A stretch of 64,000 bases of DNA, taken from assembly GCA_963807455.1 (NCBI GenBank), contig CAWECS010000016.1:146682-210681 (forward strand), written 5' to 3'. The translations under genes were made by a program, and so were the position numbers. Shown here piece after piece: positions 52,819 to 61,711 of the stretch. The notes beneath the pieces were generated by a model. That model did not search any database, was not told the DNA's origin, and saw nothing but the letters and a program-made list of their open reading frames with translations. The stretch is from an uncultured Gammaproteobacteria bacterium. Lineage in GTDB: Bacteria > Pseudomonadota > Gammaproteobacteria > JAADHQ01. Every line of letters begins with the position of its first letter. Position 1 is the first letter of the stretch.

Positions 52819-53433
52819 CTAAATAAATAAGCTCACATCAGCTCCTTGAGCTTTGGTTAAGTAGGTAGCCGCACCCGCCCAATCTGAAATACCCTCCATA
52901 AAATCCTCTTTTTCCCAGCCAAATACGTCTACAGTCATTTGACAAGCAATCATCTCAACACCTGATTCGACACAGGATTCTCGTAAGTCATGAATGCTAG
53001 CCACACCCTTTTGCTTAAGTGTTTGTTTCATAAGCCCGGTGGCAAGCTTCTCGAAACCTGGTATTCCAGCCATGACCAGATTGGGCATATTCCATTCAAT
53101 TCCTCTAAACCAGTGGGGTCCAAATGGCATTTTCATCGGCATGGCCGGATTACCCAGCGCACTGATATCTGGATTGATTTCTTTCTTTAGTAACGTTAAT
53201 CCATAGAAGGTAAAAAATAGCGATACATCCCAATCCAATGCGGCTGCCGTAGATGAAATAATAAATGTTGGATAGGCCCAGTCTAGTGTCCCTTTGGAGA
53301 CTAATATGGATAATTTTGGCTTTTTATTAGCTTGATATTCAGCCATTTTTTTGGCGAATTGTTCATCAAACCATTCTTCTAGCGTAGTACCCTGTGCTAG
53401 AGAAGATTTTGCACTATCTAGATCGATTGCCAT
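52819..53433 (-). CDS. DsrE/DsrF-like (peroxiredoxin-like COG2210) family protein, hypothetical
   Basis: 204 aa. Rossmann-like DsrE fold suggested by KLSILVSKGTLDW and a conserved Cys (MIACQMT). Assignment is tentative. Confidence 0.45.
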   Translation of the reverse strand: MAIDLDSAKSSLAQGTTLEEWFDEQFAKKMAEYQANKKPKLSILVSKGTLDWAYPTFIISSTAAALDWDVSLFFTFYGLTLLKKEINPDISALGNPAMPMKMPFGPHWFRGIEWNMPNLVMAGIPGFEKLATGLMKQTLKQKGVASIHDLRESCVESGVEMIACQMTVDVFGWEKEDFMEGISDWAGAATYLTKAQGADVSLFI

Positions 53434-53570
53434 GTCTTCAACCTCCTGTAAATAGCGTTGCTGGTATTGTAAATATAGTTGAACATAATAAGATTACAAA
53501 GATTGATCTAGCTCAATTGATTTGTTTGAATCACGTGCTATTAATTAGTAACTAAGAGAGAGGATTTACT

Positions 53571-53807
53571 ATGTCTGATATTTCATTAACTGATATTACT
53601 ATACATGTCGATAAAGATATTGATGCCGATGCTCGTAACAAACTTGAAAAGGGTCTGCGGGTAATAGATGGCGTGGTTAGCGTGCATATGTCCGAGGAAA
53701 AGGCGCATTTAGTCATTGTGGAATATAACCCCGACATGACTTCTTCCAGTCATGTTTTAGCTATGGTTAAAGAGCTCGCTGGTCATGCTGAGATGGTAGG
53801 TTTGTAA
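53571..53807 (+). CDS. Hypothetical 78-aa protein
   Basis: ORF with no cysteines and a predicted beta-alpha-beta-beta-alpha-beta pattern. No family recognised. Confidence 0.3.
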   Translation: MSDISLTDITIHVDKDIDADARNKLEKGLRVIDGVVSVHMSEEKAHLVIVEYNPDMTSSSHVLAMVKELAGHAEMVGL

Positions 53808-54095
53808 GGCTTAAGCTACTTGTCCGTGTCAGAATAAAGCGACTCAAGGTACATTAAGAGCAGAAGGTATTGGTGGCAAATGTTAGTCATAATATTTGTC
53901 CATAGATATCAATCACCTTAATTTTACTGCCCCTTAAAATATATCTGTCTACTCTCTGTCACTTATTGGCAAAGCGAATTCAGTCACTTCAATTCTTCGA
54001 GAACCACTTCAGTCAGGGTATCTTCTTTGCGGAACATTCATTTAGAAGTTGTGAATGATTGTATAGGGGGCCATGAAGTATAGGGTTATCGATGT

Positions 54096-55139
54096 TTAGT
54101 TTAATTGCTTGATAAATTCGGTAATATCTTTCATTGTTTGATCCAGGTTGTTATTCCCAAGCATATGGTAACGTATGATCCCTTCCTTATTAATGATTAA
54201 AACAGTCGGTAAGATTGATATTTTGTATTGATTGGCTATTGTTTTATCATTGTCAGTAAGCAGATAATCAAACATATTTTCTGCAAGCTTCATTGTTTGT
54301 TCTGTTTTATCTTTATCCTCATCATAGTTAACTCCGACCCATATGGCATTTGAAGCATTCTTTATTTCAGACAATGATTTTAATAAGGTCAGGCAAGGTT
54401 CACACCATGATGCAAAGCTTACCATAATCCACACTTTACCATTTAGATTCTGCATTATAAGATTGGGCTGCTTTCTATCAAGCATGGTGGTAGCAAAGTT
54501 GGGTGCCTGTTGATTGAGTAAGCTATATTGGAGACCAGAGGCGCGTGGAGGTTCGGGCATTGCTTTTGGTTGGGGTAGTGTAAGTCGCGCCATGATAGCT
54601 GTGTATGGGTCACCAATACTGCTGACATCCTCATAAACCATTGCAAAATAGCCTGCGGAAGAAAACATTACAATTTCTCCGTTAGATAGCGATTGTTTTT
54701 GATCAAATTTACCAGGTTGCTGTTTTTTAAATTCCTCTTCAAGTTTTGATCCAGGTATTATTTGAATAGCACTAAACTTAACATCATTGTCACACCAGAA
54801 AAATATTTCTATGGCATCAAACTTGTCATGCTTAATATTACCGCTGAGAGATTTGTCTTTGCGGTAGGTTTTGATGAATTCTTTTGGATAATAACAGTTG
54901 CTTGCTTTTGTGATTTTAATTTCTGAGGTTTCTTTATCCTTTTCATAGTAAGTTAATGCAATATCCTGAATATCCCGTTCCTCGTTGATTATTGTTTGAG
55001 TAAAAGACACATGTATTGCCTTTTTCACATCATCACTGATGGTAACTGCATTAATTATTTCGCTAGTTACACTATTATCAGCATACAGTATTGTACTTAA
55101 AAGGCTTAATAGAGAAGCTAAAATAATTCTTATGTTCAA
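54096..55139 (-). CDS. Secreted two-domain protein: unknown N-terminal domain plus C-terminal TlpA/ResA-like thioredoxin fold
   Basis: 347 aa with signal peptide. C-terminal WCEPC active site in the motif VSFASWCEPCLTLL. The N-terminal roughly 200 aa are unassigned. Confidence 0.6.
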   Translation of the reverse strand: MNIRIILASLLSLLSTILYADNSVTSEIINAVTISDDVKKAIHVSFTQTIINEERDIQDIALTYYEKDKETSEIKITKASNCYYPKEFIKTYRKDKSLSGNIKHDKFDAIEIFFWCDNDVKFSAIQIIPGSKLEEEFKKQQPGKFDQKQSLSNGEIVMFSSAGYFAMVYEDVSSIGDPYTAIMARLTLPQPKAMPEPPRASGLQYSLLNQQAPNFATTMLDRKQPNLIMQNLNGKVWIMVSFASWCEPCLTLLKSLSEIKNASNAIWVGVNYDEDKDKTEQTMKLAENMFDYLLTDNDKTIANQYKISILPTVLIINKEGIIRYHMLGNNNLDQTMKDITEFIKQLN

Positions 55140-55378
55140 AATGTTTATCCTTGTTTAGCAAATCAATATACTACTACCTGGACCCCCACTTTAAACCTTT
55201 TATTTATTTATGCCTTATGATGGGTGTCAATTTTAGTTGATCTTAGTTGGTGCCATATATTATTGATAATTAAAGATATTATTATGATGAATATCTCGGT
55301 TTTTATATTAACATAGTGTTACTCTGCTAGAAATTATGGTGCTAGTTTAACTGAATGATAGGATTGGAGTTTGGTAAA

Positions 55379-56299
55379 ATGAATAAGATACAGCAGGTTT
55401 CCATCACAATAATTTTTATGATGATTACTTTTGATTGTTTTTCATGGACTATGGAATTCTCGTTTGATAAAGGTATTCCTGGTGAGAGGATATCTGAGTT
55501 TAGTGATTCATCAGGTACTTTGTATGATAATAGCATTAGCTACGAGGGTGAAAACTCCATACAAATGAATGTTAAAGAGGGTACAGCGGGCTTTGGGAAT
55601 TGGGGGGGAGTGAAAGACTTACCATCACCCTTAACAGATGGCGATACTTTATGGACGCGTATTAGCATGTTTGTTCCGACAGATTTTGATTTTACTACGA
55701 ACACAGGGTATTTAAAATTTCTTCGTTACAAAGTTAGTTCTGCTGAAAATACACATAGAGGTTATCAAGAGATCTTGATAGCTCAAAATGGTACTTTTCG
55801 TTTTGTCAGCGAACTAGGTAATACAGTCATTCTTCGAATGGCAAGTTCAAGTAGTAGTTTTCAGAGTGGTGATGGCATTGTTGGGTTAACCAGTGGGGAA
55901 ACCGGAACCCTACATGAGCAATATGCCAGCGATAGGTTATCTGTTAACTATACTAAAGGCGGCCCAAACTATATGGATGGTGAAACTATTAAAAACACTC
56001 GCACTGGCGCTACCGCGGTTGTATCTAGAGTTGCATCAAATAAAGTTACCGACTTTGGTTCAAGCAGTCCAATACAAAAAGGTGTGTGGGAAAATTTGTT
56101 ATTTGGTGTTAAGTTTGGTTCAAGCGACGCAAAGGTAGTTGTTTATAAAGAAGCTGGCGGATCAATGGGGCCTGACGGGAAAAGGCTTGGGGGTACCTAT
56201 GAACTCATTTTCACTAAAACAAGTGAACTGACTTTAACTGAACCAACCGATTTAGTTAAAAGTGTTGATTCATGGGGTCGGATCAAGCTTATGCTTTGA
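55379..56299 (+). CDS. Secreted hypothetical protein (beta-rich, Gly/Ser/Thr-rich)
   Basis: Start taken at MNKIQQ... with a hydrophobic signal region. No recognisable family. Confidence 0.4.
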   Translation: MNKIQQVSITIIFMMITFDCFSWTMEFSFDKGIPGERISEFSDSSGTLYDNSISYEGENSIQMNVKEGTAGFGNWGGVKDLPSPLTDGDTLWTRISMFVPTDFDFTTNTGYLKFLRYKVSSAENTHRGYQEILIAQNGTFRFVSELGNTVILRMASSSSSFQSGDGIVGLTSGETGTLHEQYASDRLSVNYTKGGPNYMDGETIKNTRTGATAVVSRVASNKVTDFGSSSPIQKGVWENLLFGVKFGSSDAKVVVYKEAGGSMGPDGKRLGGTYELIFTKTSELTLTEPTDLVKSVDSWGRIKLML

Positions 56300-56587
56300 A
56301 TTATAAGAAAATAACAAGCCAAATACCCTGTTTTAAACGCTTAAACCGACTATTTTGGTATCAAAATAGAAGCTATAAGATGCTTGTGATTCGTTCAGTA
56401 TATATTTGTCACTATTATTGATGCATTTTCGTCCTTGTGCTCGAATACCTAATTGATCTCGTACTGATTCCACATATTGTTGTCGACCAACTGCGAGAGT
56501 CAAATGGTAATAAGTGATTGATTTGCTCTAATTATATTTTATTAATGTTTGTACACTCAATAAATATGAAGGTATTGTCTGTCAAAA

Positions 56588-57223
56588 TTATAACTTGTTG
56601 GCAATTGATTGACGTAGATTCGTAAAATTCTCTGCCAGTAAATTTACTAATTCTGTAGATGAGTTCACCTGTTGCAGGGGTTCTCCTATCACAACATCGC
56701 AATTGAATGGAACAAGCAGTGCTTCGCCACGAGGTAGCGCTTTACCTAGTCCATACATAAAAACAGGAGTAATACCGATTTCATTACGGTCTTTGAGAAG
56801 ATAATACATACCCTTTTTGGGTCGGGATGTTTGCTCGGGTATGCCACGAGTCCCTTCAGGAAATAAAATCAAGATGTCTCCATTATCCAATGCCTGATGG
56901 CATTCCTGAAATAGGGTTTCTTTATTCAATTTGCCTGAGCGATTTAAGGGAATGATGCCGATAATTCTCAATGAGAACCAAGCGAAAAATGGATTAGATA
57001 AAAAATAATCGGCAGCTGCCACAGGCCGAATTTTATGTATTAGAGATAAGGGGTACAGACTCATAAGAACCAAAGTGTCCAGATGACTATTGTGATTGGC
57101 TGCAATCACAGCGGGTCCTTTTTTAGGTAATAAACTGCGCTGACGTACATTGAGTCCGAGTACGATTAAAACCAATGGTCTGACGATCACAGCAAAAAAT
57201 AAAATTTTCAGAAAACGATCCAT
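56588..57223 (-). CDS. Lysophospholipid acyltransferase family protein (PlsC-like 1-acyl-glycerol-3-phosphate acyltransferase)
   Basis: 211 aa. HX4D motif (NHNSHLDTL) and FPEGTRG motif. Last gene of a seven-gene codirectional lipid operon. Confidence 0.8.
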   Translation of the reverse strand: MDRFLKILFFAVIVRPLVLIVLGLNVRQRSLLPKKGPAVIAANHNSHLDTLVLMSLYPLSLIHKIRPVAAADYFLSNPFFAWFSLRIIGIIPLNRSGKLNKETLFQECHQALDNGDILILFPEGTRGIPEQTSRPKKGMYYLLKDRNEIGITPVFMYGLGKALPRGEALLVPFNCDVVIGEPLQQVNSSTELVNLLAENFTNLRQSIANKL

Positions 57224-57229
57224 GATTTA

Positions 57230-58165
57230 TTAATAATATAAATAGTAGATATAATGAAAGAAAAGTGGTGCCGTGTAAATCAGGCTATCCATGCGATCGA
57301 GTATGCCACCATGCCCCGGTATAAGGTTGCCACTGTCCTTAATTTGCAAATCACGCTTGACAGATGAGATGACGACATCGCCAATGAAGCCTCCCGAGCT
57401 GATGATGGCTCCGGCAAAAAAACCTTCGAAGATAGAGAGTGGAGTAAGTAATGGGGCAGTAAGCCCTGCTACAATGGTAATGCTTAACAGTCCACCTATG
57501 AAGCCCTCCCACGTTTTATTTGGGCTGACTTTGGGTATTATCCTATGCTTTCCAAGCATCTTCCCCCATATATACTGACAAACATCATTAAATTGCGTCA
57601 TAAATAGTAAATACAATACTAATCCGATTGGGCCGGCTAGGGTGTTTTTCTCTGGCAGTACGAGTAAATAAGCGATATGACTAACAGAAAAGACAGTGAG
57701 CATAACAGCCCAATGCAAGATCCCCGCTGATTTGATGAAGCCATCAGTATCACCGGTTAATACCATGCGCATTGGAATGAACAAGAACATATACACGGGT
57801 ATAAAAATTATAAACATGCCATACCAGCCAGATGCAACCCAGTAATATTGAACCGGGATGGATAAGTAAGCCCAGAATAGTACGCGGCGGTCTGTTTCTC
57901 GCGTAGGTATGATTGAAAAAAACTCTTTTAGTGCAAGAAAACTGAGAAAACCGAAAAAAATAATAGCACTGTTCATACTGATAGATAGGAATAAAAATAA
58001 TAACCCGACCATCCACCACCAGGATGTAATGCGGAGTTTGAGTTCAGTGTAGTCTTTTTCTGGATTTCTATATGTTAGTAATCGTTGAATGAAAACAGCA
58101 ATAATGAGTAGGCCCAGGACGCCTGTCATGGCATAAAACGAGTGTGGTGGTACTTGAGCTATCAC
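57230..58165 (-). CDS. cdsA: Phosphatidate cytidylyltransferase (CDP-diacylglycerol synthase)
   Basis: 311 aa polytopic membrane protein with the CdsA signature ...KRDLQIKDSGNLIPGHGGILDRMDS... and a KTWEG motif. Confidence 0.85.
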   Translation of the reverse strand: MIAQVPPHSFYAMTGVLGLLIIAVFIQRLLTYRNPEKDYTELKLRITSWWWMVGLLFLFLSISMNSAIIFFGFLSFLALKEFFSIIPTRETDRRVLFWAYLSIPVQYYWVASGWYGMFIIFIPVYMFLFIPMRMVLTGDTDGFIKSAGILHWAVMLTVFSVSHIAYLLVLPEKNTLAGPIGLVLYLLFMTQFNDVCQYIWGKMLGKHRIIPKVSPNKTWEGFIGGLLSITIVAGLTAPLLTPLSIFEGFFAGAIISSGGFIGDVVISSVKRDLQIKDSGNLIPGHGGILDRMDSLIYTAPLFFHYIYYLYY

Positions 58166-58177
58166 AATGTATTCCTT

Positions 58178-58624
58178 TCAGGTAGCCAAAATTATAATTA
58201 CGGCGACTAATGTAACTTGAGCGCAACAAATGACCACCTGTTTTTTAAATAGGTTTAAACAGCCTTTAAGACGTGTATCAAGACTGCGATCCATTTTATT
58301 AGAATTAATTAATCTGAGTCTGATTAACGATTGATCCAAAGATGAAAGGGCGTCTTCAATGCTATCCTCGCTGTTAGTTATTCGAGTCAGTAGCGCTTGA
58401 TCAAATCCAATACGAATAGCCAGTATGATTTCTGCGAGTCCCAGAACTATTGTAATTGATAAAAGAATCATCAGCGCAGATGAAAGCAAGTTGAACACGA
58501 GTAGTACTGCCATGATAACAAGTGCAGCTACCGTTACTAGGCTGGATAGAAAATTTACTTTCCGATGTTGATCGAGTAAATCAATGCAGGTATGAATGGT
58601 GGCGATATCGCTATTATCTGTCAT
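58178..58624 (-). CDS. Small integral membrane protein, hypothetical (operon member)
   Basis: 148 aa with 3-4 predicted TM helices. Its ATG overlaps the stop of the upstream phosphatase gene. Confidence 0.4.
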   Translation of the reverse strand: MTDNSDIATIHTCIDLLDQHRKVNFLSSLVTVAALVIMAVLLVFNLLSSALMILLSITIVLGLAEIILAIRIGFDQALLTRITNSEDSIEDALSSLDQSLIRLRLINSNKMDRSLDTRLKGCLNLFKKQVVICCAQVTLVAVIIILAT

Positions 58625-59100
58625 TTTTTTACCCGATAATCTTTCTCAATGGATTTTAACAATTGGTAATCGGTATCTTTTATGACCAATCGAGGTCTTG
58701 ATTGTCTGACGATACTAATAGCCTCGGCACTAGTATTAGCTCTTCCGGAGTAAATTAACCAGGAAATAACGGCAAGTGAACTACGTGAATAACCCAGGGC
58801 GCAGCAAACCAGGACGGAACCCGTATTACTTGCTATTTCAATTGTTTTTGCAGCTTCAATCAGCAGTTTTTTATCAGGAGTGAGTAAGTCGAGTGTAGGA
58901 AAAGCATGCCAGTTTATTGTATTGATTGGTGCGGGTAACTCTGCGGACAAATCAATTACTGTGTTGTACTGTCCATCCTTAATGTCATTTCGTGTCGGGA
59001 ATCTTCCTAGATATACATTTTCCAGGATGTTGTCAGCATTGTTATCGTGGCGTGTCCAAAGCCTGGAATTTAACCACGCTCCGATAAGATACGGGAACAA
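58621..59100 (-). CDS. Dual-specificity phosphatase family protein (CX5R catalytic loop, PTPMT1/PGP-phosphatase-like)
   Basis: 159 aa. Active-site loop VLVCCALGYSRSS (C-X5-R followed by S). The size and the neighbouring CdsA and CDP-alcohol transferase suggest a lipid-phosphate substrate. Confidence 0.7.
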   Translation of the reverse strand: MFPYLIGAWLNSRLWTRHDNNADNILENVYLGRFPTRNDIKDGQYNTVIDLSAELPAPINTINWHAFPTLDLLTPDKKLLIEAAKTIEIASNTGSVLVCCALGYSRSSLAVISWLIYSGRANTSAEAISIVRQSRPRLVIKDTDYQLLKSIEKDYRVKK

Positions 59101-59948
59101 GAGCCATTCGATGCAGGACTTATCTTGCCATCAGGCGATTTTTGAAATCCTTTTACACCGATAAAAAGATAAAAGGTGCATACAAAAATCAAAGAAATGG
59201 CAGGCCAGATTAACCATAAAGTGGCTCCACGGAATAAAATTGCTGTTATGGTCAGCAGGCTCGCTGTTAAGGCATAGTAGGCAGCTAGTCGTAGACGGCG
59301 TTGCTGGTAACTCATACATTCTTTAACCAGAGGAGAGTTTCCGTCATCTGGCCAGAGCCAAATACATAGCCACCCTAATAGTGCTCCAGTGGGAACGTCA
59401 ATAAAATGGTGCTGAAAAGTCGTGAGCACAGAAGCCCCGATGAGTATAGTCACGACATGAATCTGCCAAATCAAAAAATTGGGTACATGTCGTCGATATA
59501 AAACCCATAAAATGACAAGCAAGATAATGTGTAACGAAGGTGCTTGATTAAATGGTTTATCAAAACTGGTCAGGGTATCGAACAGAACCCCGGATACACC
59601 ACTGGTATCAGGGCGTTCGAAACTGAATGTCAGCGGAAATAGAAAAAAGCAGATGACAGCAATTATTTGTGCAGTGACCAGTCTTTTAGCATGCGTGTCG
59701 AGTTCAAATTTGTTTTTGCAAACAAACAGAGAAACACCATAAAATGCATCTATCATCCAGTAAGGAATTATACTCCAGGCAATAAAGGGAATGTATTGTT
59801 CCCAGCCAAAGAAAATACTACCTACGTTACTTAATTGTGACGTATAGCCATTTACTGAGCCATAAGATATAAAAAAGAAAGGCCCCAGAAACAATAACCA
59901 CAACAAAGCGCGTTGCCATGGACGCGGTTCAACAAGAAACTCGGTCAT
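59070..59948 (-). CDS. PAP2-superfamily membrane phosphatase/phosphotransferase-like protein
   Basis: 292 aa polytopic. PAP2 motif C2-like APSLH and C3-like QHHFID. Overlaps the downstream phosphatase gene by 31 nt. Confidence 0.5.
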   Translation of the reverse strand: MTEFLVEPRPWQRALLWLLFLGPFFFISYGSVNGYTSQLSNVGSIFFGWEQYIPFIAWSIIPYWMIDAFYGVSLFVCKNKFELDTHAKRLVTAQIIAVICFFLFPLTFSFERPDTSGVSGVLFDTLTSFDKPFNQAPSLHIILLVILWVLYRRHVPNFLIWQIHVVTILIGASVLTTFQHHFIDVPTGALLGWLCIWLWPDDGNSPLVKECMSYQQRRLRLAAYYALTASLLTITAILFRGATLWLIWPAISLIFVCTFYLFIGVKGFQKSPDGKISPASNGSCSRILSERG

Positions 59949-61711
59949 ACAGGGTTTCTTATCGCTAGTGAGACTGTGAATATTCCAAATTCATCAATTC
60001 GTTGTTCAATCTTGGTAAAGCCAGCAGCCTCTACCAACTGATCCATTTCCTCCTGAGTGCGTCGACGCATAATCCAGGATTGCCCCTGACGGTGACTGGT
60101 GAGAGCACGGGCAATCATCTCCAATTGGGGATGCCAGGGCTGATTGGTGTAGATTAAATAACCGCCTTCCATAATAGTGGAGGCAAACCCTTGTAATGAC
60201 GATGTAATTAAACTGTTATCGGAGAATAATTCATATAAGCCAGAGACCACGCCAATGGATGGGTTAGTATCACCTGCTGTATAGTTGCTTGCATCGAAGG
60301 CATCAGACTTAATGAACGATGCTATGGAGTCAAGTCCCATTTGTTTGATAAGTGCACTTCCCAGTGTGACATTAATATCACTATAATCACGTAGCAAAAT
60401 TGATTCAGGTTTAATGTCGCCTTTATTAAGTGCCTCAAGGATGTAACGGCCATGACCGGCTGCCACATCCATCACATGGATTGGCTTGTCCTGTTCATTG
60501 AGATAACGGAAGGCCAGTTGCAGCATCTCTTCTATATTAGTTTTTCGCTGTCGTATTCCACGCCAGCCAATTGCATTGATATATGCATGATCCATCCATT
60601 TCCCCAGAGGTGTCAGGCCATTAACCTCATTTCGGTATACATAATCAAGTGTGCTACCAGAATCAAAGCCAGTTTTGTGGCCTAGCTTGATGCCCTCAGA
60701 CAGCAACCCTCCCAGTTTTAAATTCAAGCGAGTAAATGCCCAATACAGTCCACGGAGAGAGAATGGCGAGAGTGGAGTAGCTAAAGTGTCTGCCTCATAG
60801 CGGGTGAAGCCGGTTTTATCCGCGTCAAGCAAACAGGGTCTGGAATAAGGTTCATTAAATCGTAATGAGATAAAGTCATGTATTTTATTTAACACCAGGG
60901 CACGATCACGTTCTCCCAGGGTATCGTGAAAAAAGCCTTCGAGGATATGCCTTTCCTTTATGGGACTGCCAAGACGTTCGTAAAATTCATGTTGAGGTTT
61001 GTGGTGTACTACCCAGTCAGCACCGGAGATGAGTAATTGAGTCGGAATGTTAATAGCGGCTGCATCGCTCACGATTCGTTCAGCAGTTTCATATAAAGCG
61101 ATCAGAATATTGACTGAAATAGGTCGCGATATCAGTTCATCGGATTCATATGAGCTAACACGCTCCGGATCATGCGTCAGGAACTTGGCTTTCACATAAC
61201 TATTAACAAAAAAGTTACCACGAAGGCGCTGCATTATTTTCAATGCCGGACGTGCGAAAGGGACATAAAGTTTGACCTTGAATGCAGGAGAGGCCAAGAT
61301 CATGCAGCGGATCTTTGGAGCATAATCATGCGCCCATGTTGACACAATAACAGCGCCGACACTTTGTGCAATAACAGCCATGTCCTTTACCGCTATTTCA
61401 TATTGAGTGGATATGTGGTCGATAAAGGTCTGCACATCCCGTACTGAAGTCGCCAGGCTTGGGCTAAAACCGCGTTCTCCCGGAGAACGGCCATGCCCGC
61501 GTGCATCCCAGGCAAAGCAGGCATAATCCGGCATATCGAGTTCATCAACGACGTGCATTAATCGCCCTGAATGCTCATGACCGCGATGAAACAATACAAT
61601 CGCTCCTTTAGGTGTTTCAGATTGAGAGGGCCAATAACGGTAAAACAATTCGACACCATCGTGAGTAGAAAAATTCTTTTCTACGACTTCCCTGTTATTT
61701 TTATGCATCAT
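59945..61711 (-). CDS. Bifunctional alpha/beta-hydrolase / class I SAM-dependent methyltransferase fusion protein
   Basis: 588 aa. The N-terminal roughly 290 aa are a lysophospholipase-like alpha/beta hydrolase (HRGHEHSGR, nucleophile elbow IAQSVGA). The C-terminal roughly 280 aa have the Rossmann MTase motif I (VMDVAAGHGRY). Confidence 0.75.
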   Translation of the reverse strand: MMHKNNREVVEKNFSTHDGVELFYRYWPSQSETPKGAIVLFHRGHEHSGRLMHVVDELDMPDYACFAWDARGHGRSPGERGFSPSLATSVRDVQTFIDHISTQYEIAVKDMAVIAQSVGAVIVSTWAHDYAPKIRCMILASPAFKVKLYVPFARPALKIMQRLRGNFFVNSYVKAKFLTHDPERVSSYESDELISRPISVNILIALYETAERIVSDAAAINIPTQLLISGADWVVHHKPQHEFYERLGSPIKERHILEGFFHDTLGERDRALVLNKIHDFISLRFNEPYSRPCLLDADKTGFTRYEADTLATPLSPFSLRGLYWAFTRLNLKLGGLLSEGIKLGHKTGFDSGSTLDYVYRNEVNGLTPLGKWMDHAYINAIGWRGIRQRKTNIEEMLQLAFRYLNEQDKPIHVMDVAAGHGRYILEALNKGDIKPESILLRDYSDINVTLGSALIKQMGLDSIASFIKSDAFDASNYTAGDTNPSIGVVSGLYELFSDNSLITSSLQGFASTIMEGGYLIYTNQPWHPQLEMIARALTSHRQGQSWIMRRRTQEEMDQLVEAAGFTKIEQRIDEFGIFTVSLAIRNPV

